Source of the DNA: Sphingomonadaceae bacterium
GTDB taxonomy: Bacteria; Chloroflexota; UBA6077
Direction of reading: 5' to 3'
DNA: 64,000 bases
Assembly: GCA_050261575.1 (NCBI GenBank)
Contig: JBLNDL010000042.1
Coordinates: forward strand, 1 to 64,000
This document shows positions 34,238 to 43,835 of the stretch, piece after piece. How positions within the stretch are numbered: the stretch's first letter is position 1; every line of letters starts with the position of its first letter. The notes under the pieces are model-generated. The model was not told the DNA's origin and ran no database searches. It saw nothing but the letters and a program-made list of their open reading frames with translations. The position numbers and the translations under genes are program-made.

Positions 34238-34744
34238 ATGCCGCCCATCATCTCGGTTGTCGGACGCTCGGATTCCGGGAAGACCACCTTCCTCGAGAAG
34301 CTGATCCCTGCCCTCAAGTCCCGAGGGCTGCGCGTCGCCGTGGTCAAGCACGACTCCCACGGGTTCGAGATGGACCGCCCGGGCAAGGATACCTGGCGAC
34401 TGCGGCAAGCCGGCGCGGACGCGGTCATGATCTCCTCGCCGACCCAGATGGCCCTGATTAGGTCCGGCCTGGAGCGAGAGATGTCCCTGGACGAGCTGGC
34501 GGAGCTGGTGGGCGATGCAGTCGACTTGGTACTCACCGAGGGATACAAGTCGGGCGACAAGATCAAGATCGAGGTGTCCAGGCAGCCCATCGCGGGGGGG
34601 GAGCTGCTGTGCAGCCGCGAGGAGCTGCTTGCGGTGGTGGCCGACGGACCCAGGCCGGTGGACGTCCCGCGGTACGACCTGGAGGATGCCGCCGGCGTGG
34701 CGGACCTGATCGTTTCCTACCTCGAGCGTCGGCGAAGAGAGTAG
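34238..34744 (+). CDS. mobB: Molybdopterin-guanine dinucleotide biosynthesis protein B
   Basis: GRSDSGKTT, VKH...D.PGKDT, EGYK. Confidence 0.93.
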   Translation: MPPIISVVGRSDSGKTTFLEKLIPALKSRGLRVAVVKHDSHGFEMDRPGKDTWRLRQAGADAVMISSPTQMALIRSGLEREMSLDELAELVGDAVDLVLTEGYKSGDKIKIEVSRQPIAGGELLCSREELLAVVADGPRPVDVPRYDLEDAAGVADLIVSYLERRRRE

Positions 34745-34895
34745 GAGCGCCCTACCGGTGGCGAGCCGTTGGAGCCACGCGGTGGCGGGCGCGGCGTCTC
34801 GTCGCGCTGAGGCTCTGGGGCTGGCACGCCAGAGTTCCTCATGGTTCCAGAGGAAAACGCGGCCCGTCCCGTGACGAAGACGTTGGAGCGGTTTC

Positions 34896-35423
34896 GTGCT
34901 CTACCTGCGGGTGGCGCTGCTGGCGCCGGGCGTGATCCTCCACGAGTTCTCCCATCACATACTCTGCCTCCTCTCCGGTGTGCGGGTGCACCGGGTGGTC
35001 TACTTCCGCCTGGGCAACCCGGCCGGTTTCGTGATCCACGAGGAGCCGGAGCTGTACCGGCAGATCTTCGCCATCGTGGCCGGACCCTTCTTTCTCAACT
35101 CCGCCTGCTCCGTGGCCTTCCTAAACCTGGCGTTGCGGCGATGGGCCACCGCCGAGGAGGTGCTGGGCTTCCTGCTGGCGGGCGTCATGACGTGGCTGGG
35201 CATCTCTGTTGGACTCCAGGCCATCCCGAGCCGAGCCGACGCCGCGAACCTGTTTCACAGCTCCAACTGGCATCTGCTCCACGGAAACCCATTCGCCCTC
35301 ATCGGCTACCCTGTGGCGCTCGCGATCTACCTGGTCCAACTGGCGAGACCCCTTGGCTCCGAGTGGTACTACACGGTGCTGATGGCCTACCTTGCCCAGA
35401 GGGGCTTCGCCGGCCTTGCCTGA
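34896..35423 (+). CDS. Membrane zinc metalloprotease-like protein
   Basis: PGVILHEFSH, AGPFF, several TM segments. Confidence 0.75.
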   Translation: MLYLRVALLAPGVILHEFSHHILCLLSGVRVHRVVYFRLGNPAGFVIHEEPELYRQIFAIVAGPFFLNSACSVAFLNLALRRWATAEEVLGFLLAGVMTWLGISVGLQAIPSRADAANLFHSSNWHLLHGNPFALIGYPVALAIYLVQLARPLGSEWYYTVLMAYLAQRGFAGLA

Positions 35424-35540
35424 GTTCGGCGCTCTGGCCCCGATCAGGTGGCCCGCTTCGCGTGGCACCTCCCCCACGCCTGGGATATAATTTGCAGTAG
35501 AGCAAGCAGAAGGAAGGTGGGACTGTTGTTGGAGGATCCA

Positions 35541-36257
35541 ATGAGGCCGATGGGGGAAAGCGACGCTACTCGCCTCCCTGCCGAGGGGGCTGAGGGGGAC
35601 CACGCCAGCGCCGCGCCCGAAGCTCGCAAGCAGCAGGAAGCGCAACGCCGTTCGAACGTCAAGCCCGTGGTCGTCGAAATCCTTCAGACGATCCTGTTGA
35701 CGCTGCTGATATTCGTTGCCGTTCGTTCGGTGGTCCAGAACTTCAAGGTGGACGGCGCCAGCATGGAGCCCACCCTCCACTCCGGCCAGTACCTGCTGAT
35801 CAACAAAGCGGCCTATCTCAAGCTCCAGGGGCTGCCTCTTCGGATCGCCCAGAGTCTCAACCTTGCCGACGGAGACAGCGACGGATACTTCCCCTTCGGA
35901 GGGCCCCAGCGGGGCGACATCGCGGTATTCCGCTACCCCGGGCGTCCCGACAGGGACTACATCAAGCGGATCATTGCGATGCCGGGGGACACCGTCCAAA
36001 TCGATCGTGGGCGGGTGTACGTGAACGGGGAGCTGCTCCAGGAGGACTACATCCGGGCGGTCCCGACGTATAGCCTTCCGGCCCAACAGGTGCCGGAGGG
36101 CCACTACTTCGTCCTGGGAGACAACCGGCCAAACAGCAGCGACTCTCACATTTGGGGCTTCGTGCCCGAGGAGAACCTGATCGGCAATGCCTGGCTCTCC
36201 TACTGGCCACCCAACGAGTGGGGTATGGTTGCCAGTCGAGGTCTCGCAGGCAACTGA
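35541..36257 (+). CDS. lepB: Signal peptidase I
   Basis: GASMEPTL, YIKRII, LGDNRPNSSDSH; start uncertain. Confidence 0.92.
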   Translation: MRPMGESDATRLPAEGAEGDHASAAPEARKQQEAQRRSNVKPVVVEILQTILLTLLIFVAVRSVVQNFKVDGASMEPTLHSGQYLLINKAAYLKLQGLPLRIAQSLNLADGDSDGYFPFGGPQRGDIAVFRYPGRPDRDYIKRIIAMPGDTVQIDRGRVYVNGELLQEDYIRAVPTYSLPAQQVPEGHYFVLGDNRPNSSDSHIWGFVPEENLIGNAWLSYWPPNEWGMVASRGLAGN

Positions 36258-36297
36258 GACGGTGCGGGGCGGATCCGTGGACCCGCCCCGTCAGATT

Positions 36298-38028
36298 CTA
36301 CCCCTCCAGGATCATGTCAGACAGTGCGGATCCGGGGGGCACCATGGGAAACACGTTCTCCTCCGGCTCGACCGCGAACTCGACTAAGTAGGGTCCCGGG
36401 TAGTCCATCGCCCGCTGGACGGCGTCCCGCACCTCCGAGGAGTTGGTGACCCTGCACCCCTCGATCCCGTGGGCCCTGGCGAGGCTCACGAAGTCAGGCC
36501 CGGGTATGGGGCTGTGCGAGTAGTTCCCATCGAAGAAGAACTGCTGCCACTGCCTGACCATTCCCAGGTAGCCGTTGTTCACTATGGCCACCTTCACCCC
36601 GATGCCGTGCTGAGCCAGGGTGGACAGTTCCGGGGCCGACATCTGGAAGCCACCGTCGCCCACCACCGCCCAGACGGTCTCGTGGGGCATACCCACCTTG
36701 GCGCCCATCGCAGCGGGCAGGCCGTACCCCATGGACCCGAGGCCGCCGGAGCAGAAGAAGCTGGCCGGCTTATCGAAGCCGAAGTGCTGGGCCACCCACA
36801 TGAGGTGCTGTCCCACGTCGCTCGCGACCAGGGTATCGCCGCCCGTGACCTCGCGGATCGCCCGGATGACCTCGGTCACCAGAGGGAGTTGGCGTCCGGC
36901 AGGCTCGACGATCGCGGGCACCTCTCCTTGCCACTCCCTCAACTGTGCCAGCCATGCTGGCCGCCGCACCGGGCTGGCGTGTCGCAGGAGGAAGCCCAAG
37001 ACGGTGCGCGCATCGCCCACGATCGGCACGTCGACCCGTACGTTGCGGCCCAACTCGTTCAGGTCGATGTCCACGTGGACTATCCTGGCCCTTGGCGCGA
37101 AGGCGGCGGGCTTGCCGGCGACCCGGTCGTCGAACCTCATCCCGATCGCCACCACCAGGTCAGCCTCCTCCACGGCTTTGTTGGCACAGTACTGACCGTG
37201 CATCCCAACCATGCCAAAGGAGAGGGGATGGGACTCGGGTATCGCGCTGATGCCCAGCAGGGTGGTCAATACCGGCGTGTCGGTCCTTTCGGCCAGCTCG
37301 CGCAGCTCGCGGAAGGCTCCAGACTGCACCACCCCGTGGCCCACCAGCAGCACCGGGCGCTCGGCCTGGGTCAGCAGCTCGGCAGCCTTCACCACCGCAG
37401 GGTCGTCGGAGGCCGGAGACTTCGGCAACCGGCTCACGAGGCCGTTGGCCGGCCGCTGGTAAACCGTTCGCGCGTTCTGGACATCCTTCGGCAGGTCCAC
37501 CACCACGGGACCCGGCCTGCCGTCCAGTGCCACGTGGAATGCCTCGTGCAGGATTGCCGCCAGCTCGTCGACGTGACGGGCGAAGTAGGAGCGCTTGGTG
37601 ACGGGCTTGGTCATCCCGACGATGTCGACCTCCTGAAAGGCCATCCGCCCGATGGAGGCCGTCGCGACCTGTCCGGTGAGCGCGACCATGGGCACGGAGT
37701 CCATGAAGGCGTTGGCGATGCCGGTGACCAGGTTAGTGGCGCCCGGGCCCGAGGTGGCCAGGCATACCCCCACGCGACCGGTGGCGCGTGCGTAGCCGTC
37801 CGCCGCCATCGCCGCATTCTGTTCGTGGCGCACCAGTATGTGGTTGAGGGCAGGATAGGAGGGCAGGACGTGGTAGAGTGGAAGCAGGCTGCCACCAGGG
37901 TAGCCAAAGATCGTGTCCACCCCTTCGGCAAGCAGGGTCTCGCAGACGATCTGCGCGCCGGAGAGCAGGGTCCCCTCGGCAGAGCCAGCGGCTCGGGTGG
38001 ATGGCCTCTCGCCAGTCTCGACAGTCAT
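36298..38028 (-). CDS. ilvB: Acetolactate synthase large subunit
   Basis: FGYPGG, RHEQ, TSGPGATN, GDGGFQM. Confidence 0.95.
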   Translation of the reverse strand: MTVETGERPSTRAAGSAEGTLLSGAQIVCETLLAEGVDTIFGYPGGSLLPLYHVLPSYPALNHILVRHEQNAAMAADGYARATGRVGVCLATSGPGATNLVTGIANAFMDSVPMVALTGQVATASIGRMAFQEVDIVGMTKPVTKRSYFARHVDELAAILHEAFHVALDGRPGPVVVDLPKDVQNARTVYQRPANGLVSRLPKSPASDDPAVVKAAELLTQAERPVLLVGHGVVQSGAFRELRELAERTDTPVLTTLLGISAIPESHPLSFGMVGMHGQYCANKAVEEADLVVAIGMRFDDRVAGKPAAFAPRARIVHVDIDLNELGRNVRVDVPIVGDARTVLGFLLRHASPVRRPAWLAQLREWQGEVPAIVEPAGRQLPLVTEVIRAIREVTGGDTLVASDVGQHLMWVAQHFGFDKPASFFCSGGLGSMGYGLPAAMGAKVGMPHETVWAVVGDGGFQMSAPELSTLAQHGIGVKVAIVNNGYLGMVRQWQQFFFDGNYSHSPIPGPDFVSLARAHGIEGCRVTNSSEVRDAVQRAMDYPGPYLVEFAVEPEENVFPMVPPGSALSDMILEG

Positions 38029-38109
38029 CGTGACACTCTCCCCAAGATTACTCTCCACCTGCCCGAAAGCTCTTGGGTAACGGGTCCTGTCGTCGCTGGG
38101 TGGCTCTGA

Positions 38110-38385
38110 CAAACAGAAATCCCGTCCCAGATAGGGACGGGATGCGCTTCTAGAAGGCTCCCGCGGTACCACCCTAATTAGCGAACCGCTCACTCGTTGG
38201 GGTACGTGTTCATACCCCCGTCTTCGTAACGGCGGACGAGGCCGGCCAAGTCTACTCGCGCCAGCGTGAGGCTTGCGCTTTCGGTTGGCAGCTCGGGAAG
38301 GATTTTCAGCGAGCGCACCACATCCGGTCGCACCAACCCCGGACTCTCTGGGTGGAGGCTGCCCGCCTACTCGTTTCCGTCAAAG
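38110..38385 (-). ncRNA. T-box riboswitch upstream of ilvB (specifier possibly AUC/Ile)
   Basis: AGGGTGGTACCGCG T-box (38175-38162); terminator ATCCCGTCCC..GGGACGGGAT; stem I AGAGA/GGTG motifs; ATC at 38303-38301. Confidence 0.88.
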
Positions 38386-38606
38386 CCTTTGGGCAAGTGG
38401 TATTTGATTGGGTAAGATATTAGTGACTATCGGCAGCCTTGTCAATACTCTTGATGGGCAATCCCGCTCGATTCCCCTTGGCCGTCCATCCAGCTTCCCC
38501 CCACTCCCTTGACATCGCCATCCCCGCGGGGGGATATTCTCTTCAGAGGCCAACGTCGGCAGGCTGAACACTCAGCCGGCCCACTTCTTTGTGTGAGGAG
38601 TCACCG

Positions 38607-41600
38607 GTGCAGCAGAGAAGCCGCTACCTCCAGTTGCTTGAGGAAAGGGTCCTCGTGTTCGATGGCGCCATGGGCACCAACATTCAGGGCAACGAATTGA
38701 CCGCACAAGACTACGGCGGCAAGGAAGGGTGCAACGAGTACCTGGTGCTGGTGCGGCCGCAGGTGATCGAGGAGATCCACCGCGGCTTCCTCGAAGCGGG
38801 CTGCGACGTCCTGGAGACCGATAGCTTCGGCGGCAACCGGCTGAAGCTCGCGGAGTACGGCCTGGAGGAACGGGTGTACGAGGTGAACTACGCCGCGGCG
38901 CGGCTGGCGCGACGGGTGGCAGACGAGTACGCCACGCCCAGCCGCCCGCGCTTCGTCGCTGGGTCCATGGGGCCGACCGGCAAGCTCCCTTCCTCCGATG
39001 ACCCTGTGCTGAGCGACATCACCTTCAGCGAGCTGGCCGAGGTGTACTGCGAGCAGGCGAGGGCCCTCACGGAGGGCGGATGCGACCTGCTCCTGATCGA
39101 GACGAGTCAGGACATCTTGGAGGTGAGGGCGGCGATTCTGGGGATACGGCGCTATTTCAGGGAGTCGGGGCGGTGGTTGCCGATCCAGGCGCAGGTGACG
39201 CTGGACTCCAACGGGCGGATGCTGCTGGGCACGGACATAGCCGCCGCGCTCACCACCATAGAGTCGTTGGGCGTGCAGGTGGTTGGGCTGAACTGCAGCA
39301 CCGGACCGGAGCAGATGCGGGAGCCGCTCCGCTACCTGGCGGAGCACTCGCGGCTGAAGGTCTCCGTGATGCCGAACGCGGGCATACCCCAGAACGTGGG
39401 GGGGCGGGCAGTCTACCCCCTTGACCCGGATGGGCTGGCCAGCGCCCTCCGGACCTTCGTCCAGGACTTGGGCGTGGAGGTGGTGGGTGGCTGCTGCGGC
39501 ACGACCCACGAGCACTTGCAGAGGGTGGTGCAGGCGCTCGCCGGAACGCGACCGCGGCAGCGCGAGGTCGTGAGCGGGCCTGCCATCTCGAGCGCGCTGC
39601 GGTCTGTTGCCCTCAGGCAGGACCCTCCTCCGCTGCTGGTGGGCGAGCGGGTGAACACGCAGGGGAGCCGGGCGGTCAAGCGGCTGCTGCTGTCGGAGGA
39701 CTACGACGCGGTGCTGCAGATTGCGCGGGACCAGGTGGATGGAGGCGCCCACGCTCTCGACCTGTGCGTGGCCCTCACGGAGCGGAGCGACGAGGCCGCG
39801 ATGATGCGCACGCTCGTCCACCGGATCGCCGTGAGCCTGGAGGCGCCCTTGATGATCGATTCCACTGAGCCGTCGGTGATCCAGGAGGCGTTGGAGGCCA
39901 ACCCCGGTCGCGCAATCGTCAACTCCATCAACCTGGAGAACGGTCGAGCCCGCATCGACGCGGTGGTTCCGCTCGTCAAGGAGCACGGGGCCGTCGTGGT
40001 CGCCCTCGCAATCGACGAGGACGGTATGGCGAAGACGGCCGACCGAAAGGTGGAGATAGCGCGACGGATCCACGACATCTGCGTCGGCGAGTACGGGCTG
40101 GCGCCAGACGCCCTTATCTTCGATCCCCTCACCTTCACCCTGGCGACGGGCGACGCCGGGTACGCCGACTCGGCGGCGGAGACGGTGAACGCGGTCCGTC
40201 GCATCAAGGCGGAGCTTCCGGGTGTCCTCTGCAGCCTGGGGGTTAGCAACCTCTCGTTCGGACTCGCGCAGCACGCGCGGGGTCCGCTCAACAGCGTCTT
40301 CCTCTACCATGCGGTTCAGGCCGGGCTGGACGTGGCGATAGTCAACCCGGCCCACATCACCCCCTACGCAGAGATCCCCGAGGAGCCCCGCTCGCTCGCG
40401 GAGGACCTTATCTTCAACCGGCGCCCGGACGCGCTGGCCCGCTACATTGCCTACTTCGAGCAGCACGCTCCGGCCCAGCAGGAGGCAATGAGCGAGGACC
40501 CGACGGCTGGAATGAGCGTGGAGGAGCGAATCCACTATCGCATCTTGCATCGAAAGAGAGACGGCATCGAGGAATTGCTGGACGAGGCGCTGAAGCGCCA
40601 CACACCGGTGGAGCTTCTGAACGACGTCCTGCTACCCGCCATGAAGGAGGTGGGTGACCGTTTTGGGGCGGGAGAGCTGATACTCCCGTTCGTCCTGCAG
40701 TCGGCCGAGGTTATGAAGCGGGCCGTGGCCCACTTGGAGCGCTTCCTGGAGAGGAAAGAGGGGTACGCCAAGGGGAAGGTGGTGCTGGCTACGGTGTACG
40801 GCGACGTGCACGACATAGGCAAGAACCTGGTGGCGACCATCCTGGGGAACAACGGCTACACCGTGTACGACCTGGGAAAGCAGACACCCATCAACCAGAT
40901 CGTGGACAAGGCGGTGGAGGTGGGCGCGGACGCCATCGGGTTGAGCGCGCTGCTCGTCTCCACCTCTAAGCAGATGCCGCTTTGCGTTCAGGAGCTGGAT
41001 AGGCGTGGGCTGCGGATACCGGTGATCGTGGGGGGAGCGGCGATCAATCCGGCATTCGCGCGACGCGCCCTCTTCCTGGAGGGGGGGCGCGCCTACGAAG
41101 GCGGGGTGTTCTACGCGAAGGACGCGTTCCAGGGCCTGGACCTGATGGACCGGCTGACGGATCTGGAGGGGCGGGAGGACTTCGTGGCTGGCCACCTGGA
41201 GCGATCCACGCAGGCTTCCAGGCGGGACGCTGAGCTGGCAGGCCTGCGCACCGCGCCCGGGCGAGGCCAGGTCCGGCGGTCCGACGTCTCCACGGAGGTG
41301 CCGAGCCCCGCGCCGCCGTTCTGGGGCAACCGCGTGCTAACGTCCGAGATCGACCTCTCCGAGGTGTACGATCTCCTCGATCTGAACACCCTCTTCCGGC
41401 TGCATTGGGGTGGAAAGAACCTCCACGGGGAGGACTGGGAGCGCCACATCGAGAGTGACTTCCTCCCGCGCCTGCAGCGGATGAGGCGGGAGTCGATGGA
41501 GGAGGGCTACATCCGGCCAGCGGCGGTGTACGGCTATTACCCCTGCGGCTCGGATGGAGACGACCTGGTGGTGTTCCATCCCGGGGATCCCTCTCGGGAG

Positions 41601-42071
41601 TTGGCGCGCTTCAGCTTCCCACGGCAGCCCAACGGCGACCGCCTCTGTCTTGCCGACTACTTTGTCCCCCTGGAGACCGGGCGCCGCGACGTAGTGGCCT
41701 TCCAGTTGGTCACGGCGGGCCATGCGGCGAGCGATCTGGTTCAGCGGCTGCAGCAGTCGGGCGACTACAGCCGGTCCTACTACGTTCACGGCCTGAGCGT
41801 ATCGACGGCGGAGGCGCTGGCGGAGTACGTCCATCGGCGGATCCGGCGGGAGTTGGGTCTCGCGCCGGATCGGGGAAAGCGGTATAGCTGGGGCTATCCG
41901 GCCTGTCCGGACCTGCAGCAGCAGGAGCGAGTGGTGGAACTCCTAGGGGCGCGGGAAGCGATTGGGATCACCCTCACGGCAGCCTACCTGCTGGTGCCGG
42001 AGCAGTCGACCGCGGCGCTGGTCGTGCACCACCCGGAGGCTCGTTACTTCTCCACGCATCCCCACCCATAG
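38607..42071 (+). CDS. metH: Cobalamin-dependent methionine synthase
   Basis: DGAMGT, GGCCGT, GERVN, GDVHDIGKNLV, RYSWGYPACP. Confidence 0.97.
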   Translation: MQQRSRYLQLLEERVLVFDGAMGTNIQGNELTAQDYGGKEGCNEYLVLVRPQVIEEIHRGFLEAGCDVLETDSFGGNRLKLAEYGLEERVYEVNYAAARLARRVADEYATPSRPRFVAGSMGPTGKLPSSDDPVLSDITFSELAEVYCEQARALTEGGCDLLLIETSQDILEVRAAILGIRRYFRESGRWLPIQAQVTLDSNGRMLLGTDIAAALTTIESLGVQVVGLNCSTGPEQMREPLRYLAEHSRLKVSVMPNAGIPQNVGGRAVYPLDPDGLASALRTFVQDLGVEVVGGCCGTTHEHLQRVVQALAGTRPRQREVVSGPAISSALRSVALRQDPPPLLVGERVNTQGSRAVKRLLLSEDYDAVLQIARDQVDGGAHALDLCVALTERSDEAAMMRTLVHRIAVSLEAPLMIDSTEPSVIQEALEANPGRAIVNSINLENGRARIDAVVPLVKEHGAVVVALAIDEDGMAKTADRKVEIARRIHDICVGEYGLAPDALIFDPLTFTLATGDAGYADSAAETVNAVRRIKAELPGVLCSLGVSNLSFGLAQHARGPLNSVFLYHAVQAGLDVAIVNPAHITPYAEIPEEPRSLAEDLIFNRRPDALARYIAYFEQHAPAQQEAMSEDPTAGMSVEERIHYRILHRKRDGIEELLDEALKRHTPVELLNDVLLPAMKEVGDRFGAGELILPFVLQSAEVMKRAVAHLERFLERKEGYAKGKVVLATVYGDVHDIGKNLVATILGNNGYTVYDLGKQTPINQIVDKAVEVGADAIGLSALLVSTSKQMPLCVQELDRRGLRIPVIVGGAAINPAFARRALFLEGGRAYEGGVFYAKDAFQGLDLMDRLTDLEGREDFVAGHLERSTQASRRDAELAGLRTAPGRGQVRRSDVSTEVPSPAPPFWGNRVLTSEIDLSEVYDLLDLNTLFRLHWGGKNLHGEDWERHIESDFLPRLQRMRRESMEEGYIRPAAVYGYYPCGSDGDDLVVFHPGDPSRELARFSFPRQPNGDRLCLADYFVPLETGRRDVVAFQLVTAGHAASDLVQRLQQSGDYSRSYYVHGLSVSTAEALAEYVHRRIRRELGLAPDRGKRYSWGYPACPDLQQQERVVELLGAREAIGITLTAAYLLVPEQSTAALVVHHPEARYFSTHPHP

Positions 42072-42354
42072 GAGCCGCGTCGTACGGGTCGCAACGATCA
42101 GTGGTGCGTGCGTGACGCTGCGCGTGCTCGCCTCACGCGTGCCGAACAGACCTGCAGAGCCCCGGCGTGGGGGACGGGGCGGGCGTCCCGCCCCGCGCTC
42201 CCGGGACGCTAAGCAGTATCTCTGGATAGAGTGCACGTTTCCCGTCGGGGAAGTTGGCATGAACCAGAGACAGGTGCTCAGGGGCTGAGCTGCCCGGCGG
42301 AAGGGATCAGCCGCGCGTACCCCCACGTGGCAGGTTTCAGACCGGCCCCCCACG

Positions 42355-43413
42355 TCAGGACGAGAATGGCTGAGTGCTAGGAGAGTCCTCGTCCGCCAGA
42401 TCGAAGTGGGAGAGCAGTTCCTCGAAGATCTGCGGCACTGACTCGATCTTGTCGCAGCGCCAGGCGTTCTCGCCTGCGAAGATGATCCCCTGCTCCACCC
42501 TTCCCTGGTAGGAGTTGATCAGGGCCTCGGCGATGCAGTAGTTGGCGTCCTTCGCCTTGCAGGTCTTCAGGCAGAGGAGCGGGCACTTGAACTTCATCCT
42601 CTCGCCGCTCTCTGTGCGGGCGACGAAGCTGTTCCGGATCGCCCTCCCCGGCAGCCCGACCGGGCTCTTTATGATGGTCACGTCCCCCTTGGAGGCGTCC
42701 AGGTATGCCTGCTTGAACTCCGGGGCCACCTCGCACTCGTGGGTGGTGACGAAGCGGGTTGCCATCTGAACGCCGCTGGCGCCCAGCCGGAACATCTCCT
42801 CCATGTCCTCGCCAGTCCAGATGCCCCCCGCAGCGATTACGGGGATGGAGACGGCGTCGACGACGGCGGGCAGGATCTCCCTGGTGGGCTTGTCCGTGCC
42901 GAGGTGGCCACCCGCCTCCTTCCCCTCCACGACGATCGCGGCGGCGCCCAGACGCTCGGCGATCCTGGCCAGTCCCGGATTGTCGCAGATGCTGATGACC
43001 GGCATGCCGAAGTCGCGCACGTACCCGAAGATGTCGCGGGAGAAGCCCGCGCCGGTTACGATGAAGTCGGCGCCGGCATCGACGCAGGTCATGACCAGGT
43101 CGTAGAAGTCGGTGAGGGCGTACATTATGTTAACTCCCACGATCCCCGAGGTCATCGACCGGGCCCGACGGATCTCCTCGGCCATCGCGGGCGCGTATAG
43201 GTACGGCCGGGGCACCGTCCTTCCGCAGCACTGGTCAGTCTTGGGCGCCTTCCGGTCCTTGTTGTGGTACTCCGCGGCCGAGAGGGTCCCGACGCCGCCG
43301 CAGTTGGCGACGGCGGCCGCCAGGGGAGCGGTGGACACGCGGACGCCCATTCCGCCCTGCACGATGGGGTAACGCGGCTCGAGGTGGCCGATGCGCAGCT
43401 TTGGTAGTCTCAT
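42355..43413 (-). CDS. Nitronate monooxygenase / FabK-like flavin oxidoreductase
   Basis: PIVQGGMGV, EAGGH, AAGGI, GVQMATRF. Confidence 0.88.
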   Translation of the reverse strand: MRLPKLRIGHLEPRYPIVQGGMGVRVSTAPLAAAVANCGGVGTLSAAEYHNKDRKAPKTDQCCGRTVPRPYLYAPAMAEEIRRARSMTSGIVGVNIMYALTDFYDLVMTCVDAGADFIVTGAGFSRDIFGYVRDFGMPVISICDNPGLARIAERLGAAAIVVEGKEAGGHLGTDKPTREILPAVVDAVSIPVIAAGGIWTGEDMEEMFRLGASGVQMATRFVTTHECEVAPEFKQAYLDASKGDVTIIKSPVGLPGRAIRNSFVARTESGERMKFKCPLLCLKTCKAKDANYCIAEALINSYQGRVEQGIIFAGENAWRCDKIESVPQIFEELLSHFDLADEDSPSTQPFSS

Positions 43414-43732
43414 GCGCGCTCCGATCTACGAAGTGAGTGCTGTGTGGCAAGCGACGGATTCTTGGTGGCGCGTTTCGGGTGCCGACGGACGATTGCTGGG
43501 GTGACCGCGGCGAGCAGTCTGGTGGGGTGCCCATCGCGAGCCCTACTGCCGGACGTCGGCGAGACATTATCCCTTATGTGCAGCCAGCCACACAAGCACC
43601 CGATTGGCTTCCATCGGGGCTTTGTCAGGCACGTGGAAACCCTTCGCGCGTGGCTCAGGGTGACGATGGGAAGATCCCGCTGCCTTCCTTCAGAGCGCAG
43701 GGCGGCGGGATTTGGTATAATGCCCGCGAAGT

Positions 43733-43804
43733 GGGCGGATAGCTCAGTGGTAGAGCAACGGACTTTTAATCCGCAGGCCGAGGGTTCGAATCCCTCTCCG
43801 CTCA
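43733..43804 (+). tRNA. tRNA-Lys (anticodon TTT)
   Basis: GGGCGGA/TCCGCTC acceptor stem; CT-TTT-AA loop; GGTTCGAATCC; CCA not fully encoded. Confidence 0.95.
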
Positions 43805-43835
43805 CCGGGTCTCCAGCCCCACCTCCCGGTGCGTC

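Noticed and set aside
38500..38606. SAM, SAH or cobalamin riboswitch upstream of metH
   Set aside because: Only a short leader with a small hairpin; no convincing consensus motifs.
38601..40601. 666-aa antisense ORF and similar long shadow ORFs (e.g. 340-1161, 1428-2420, 36469-38109, 53197-54567)
   Set aside because: They overlap well-supported genes, have no motifs, and are expected in high-GC DNA.
43733..43804. tRNA-Lys as a second integration site
   Set aside because: Flanked by housekeeping genes; no integrase or duplicated 3' end seen.
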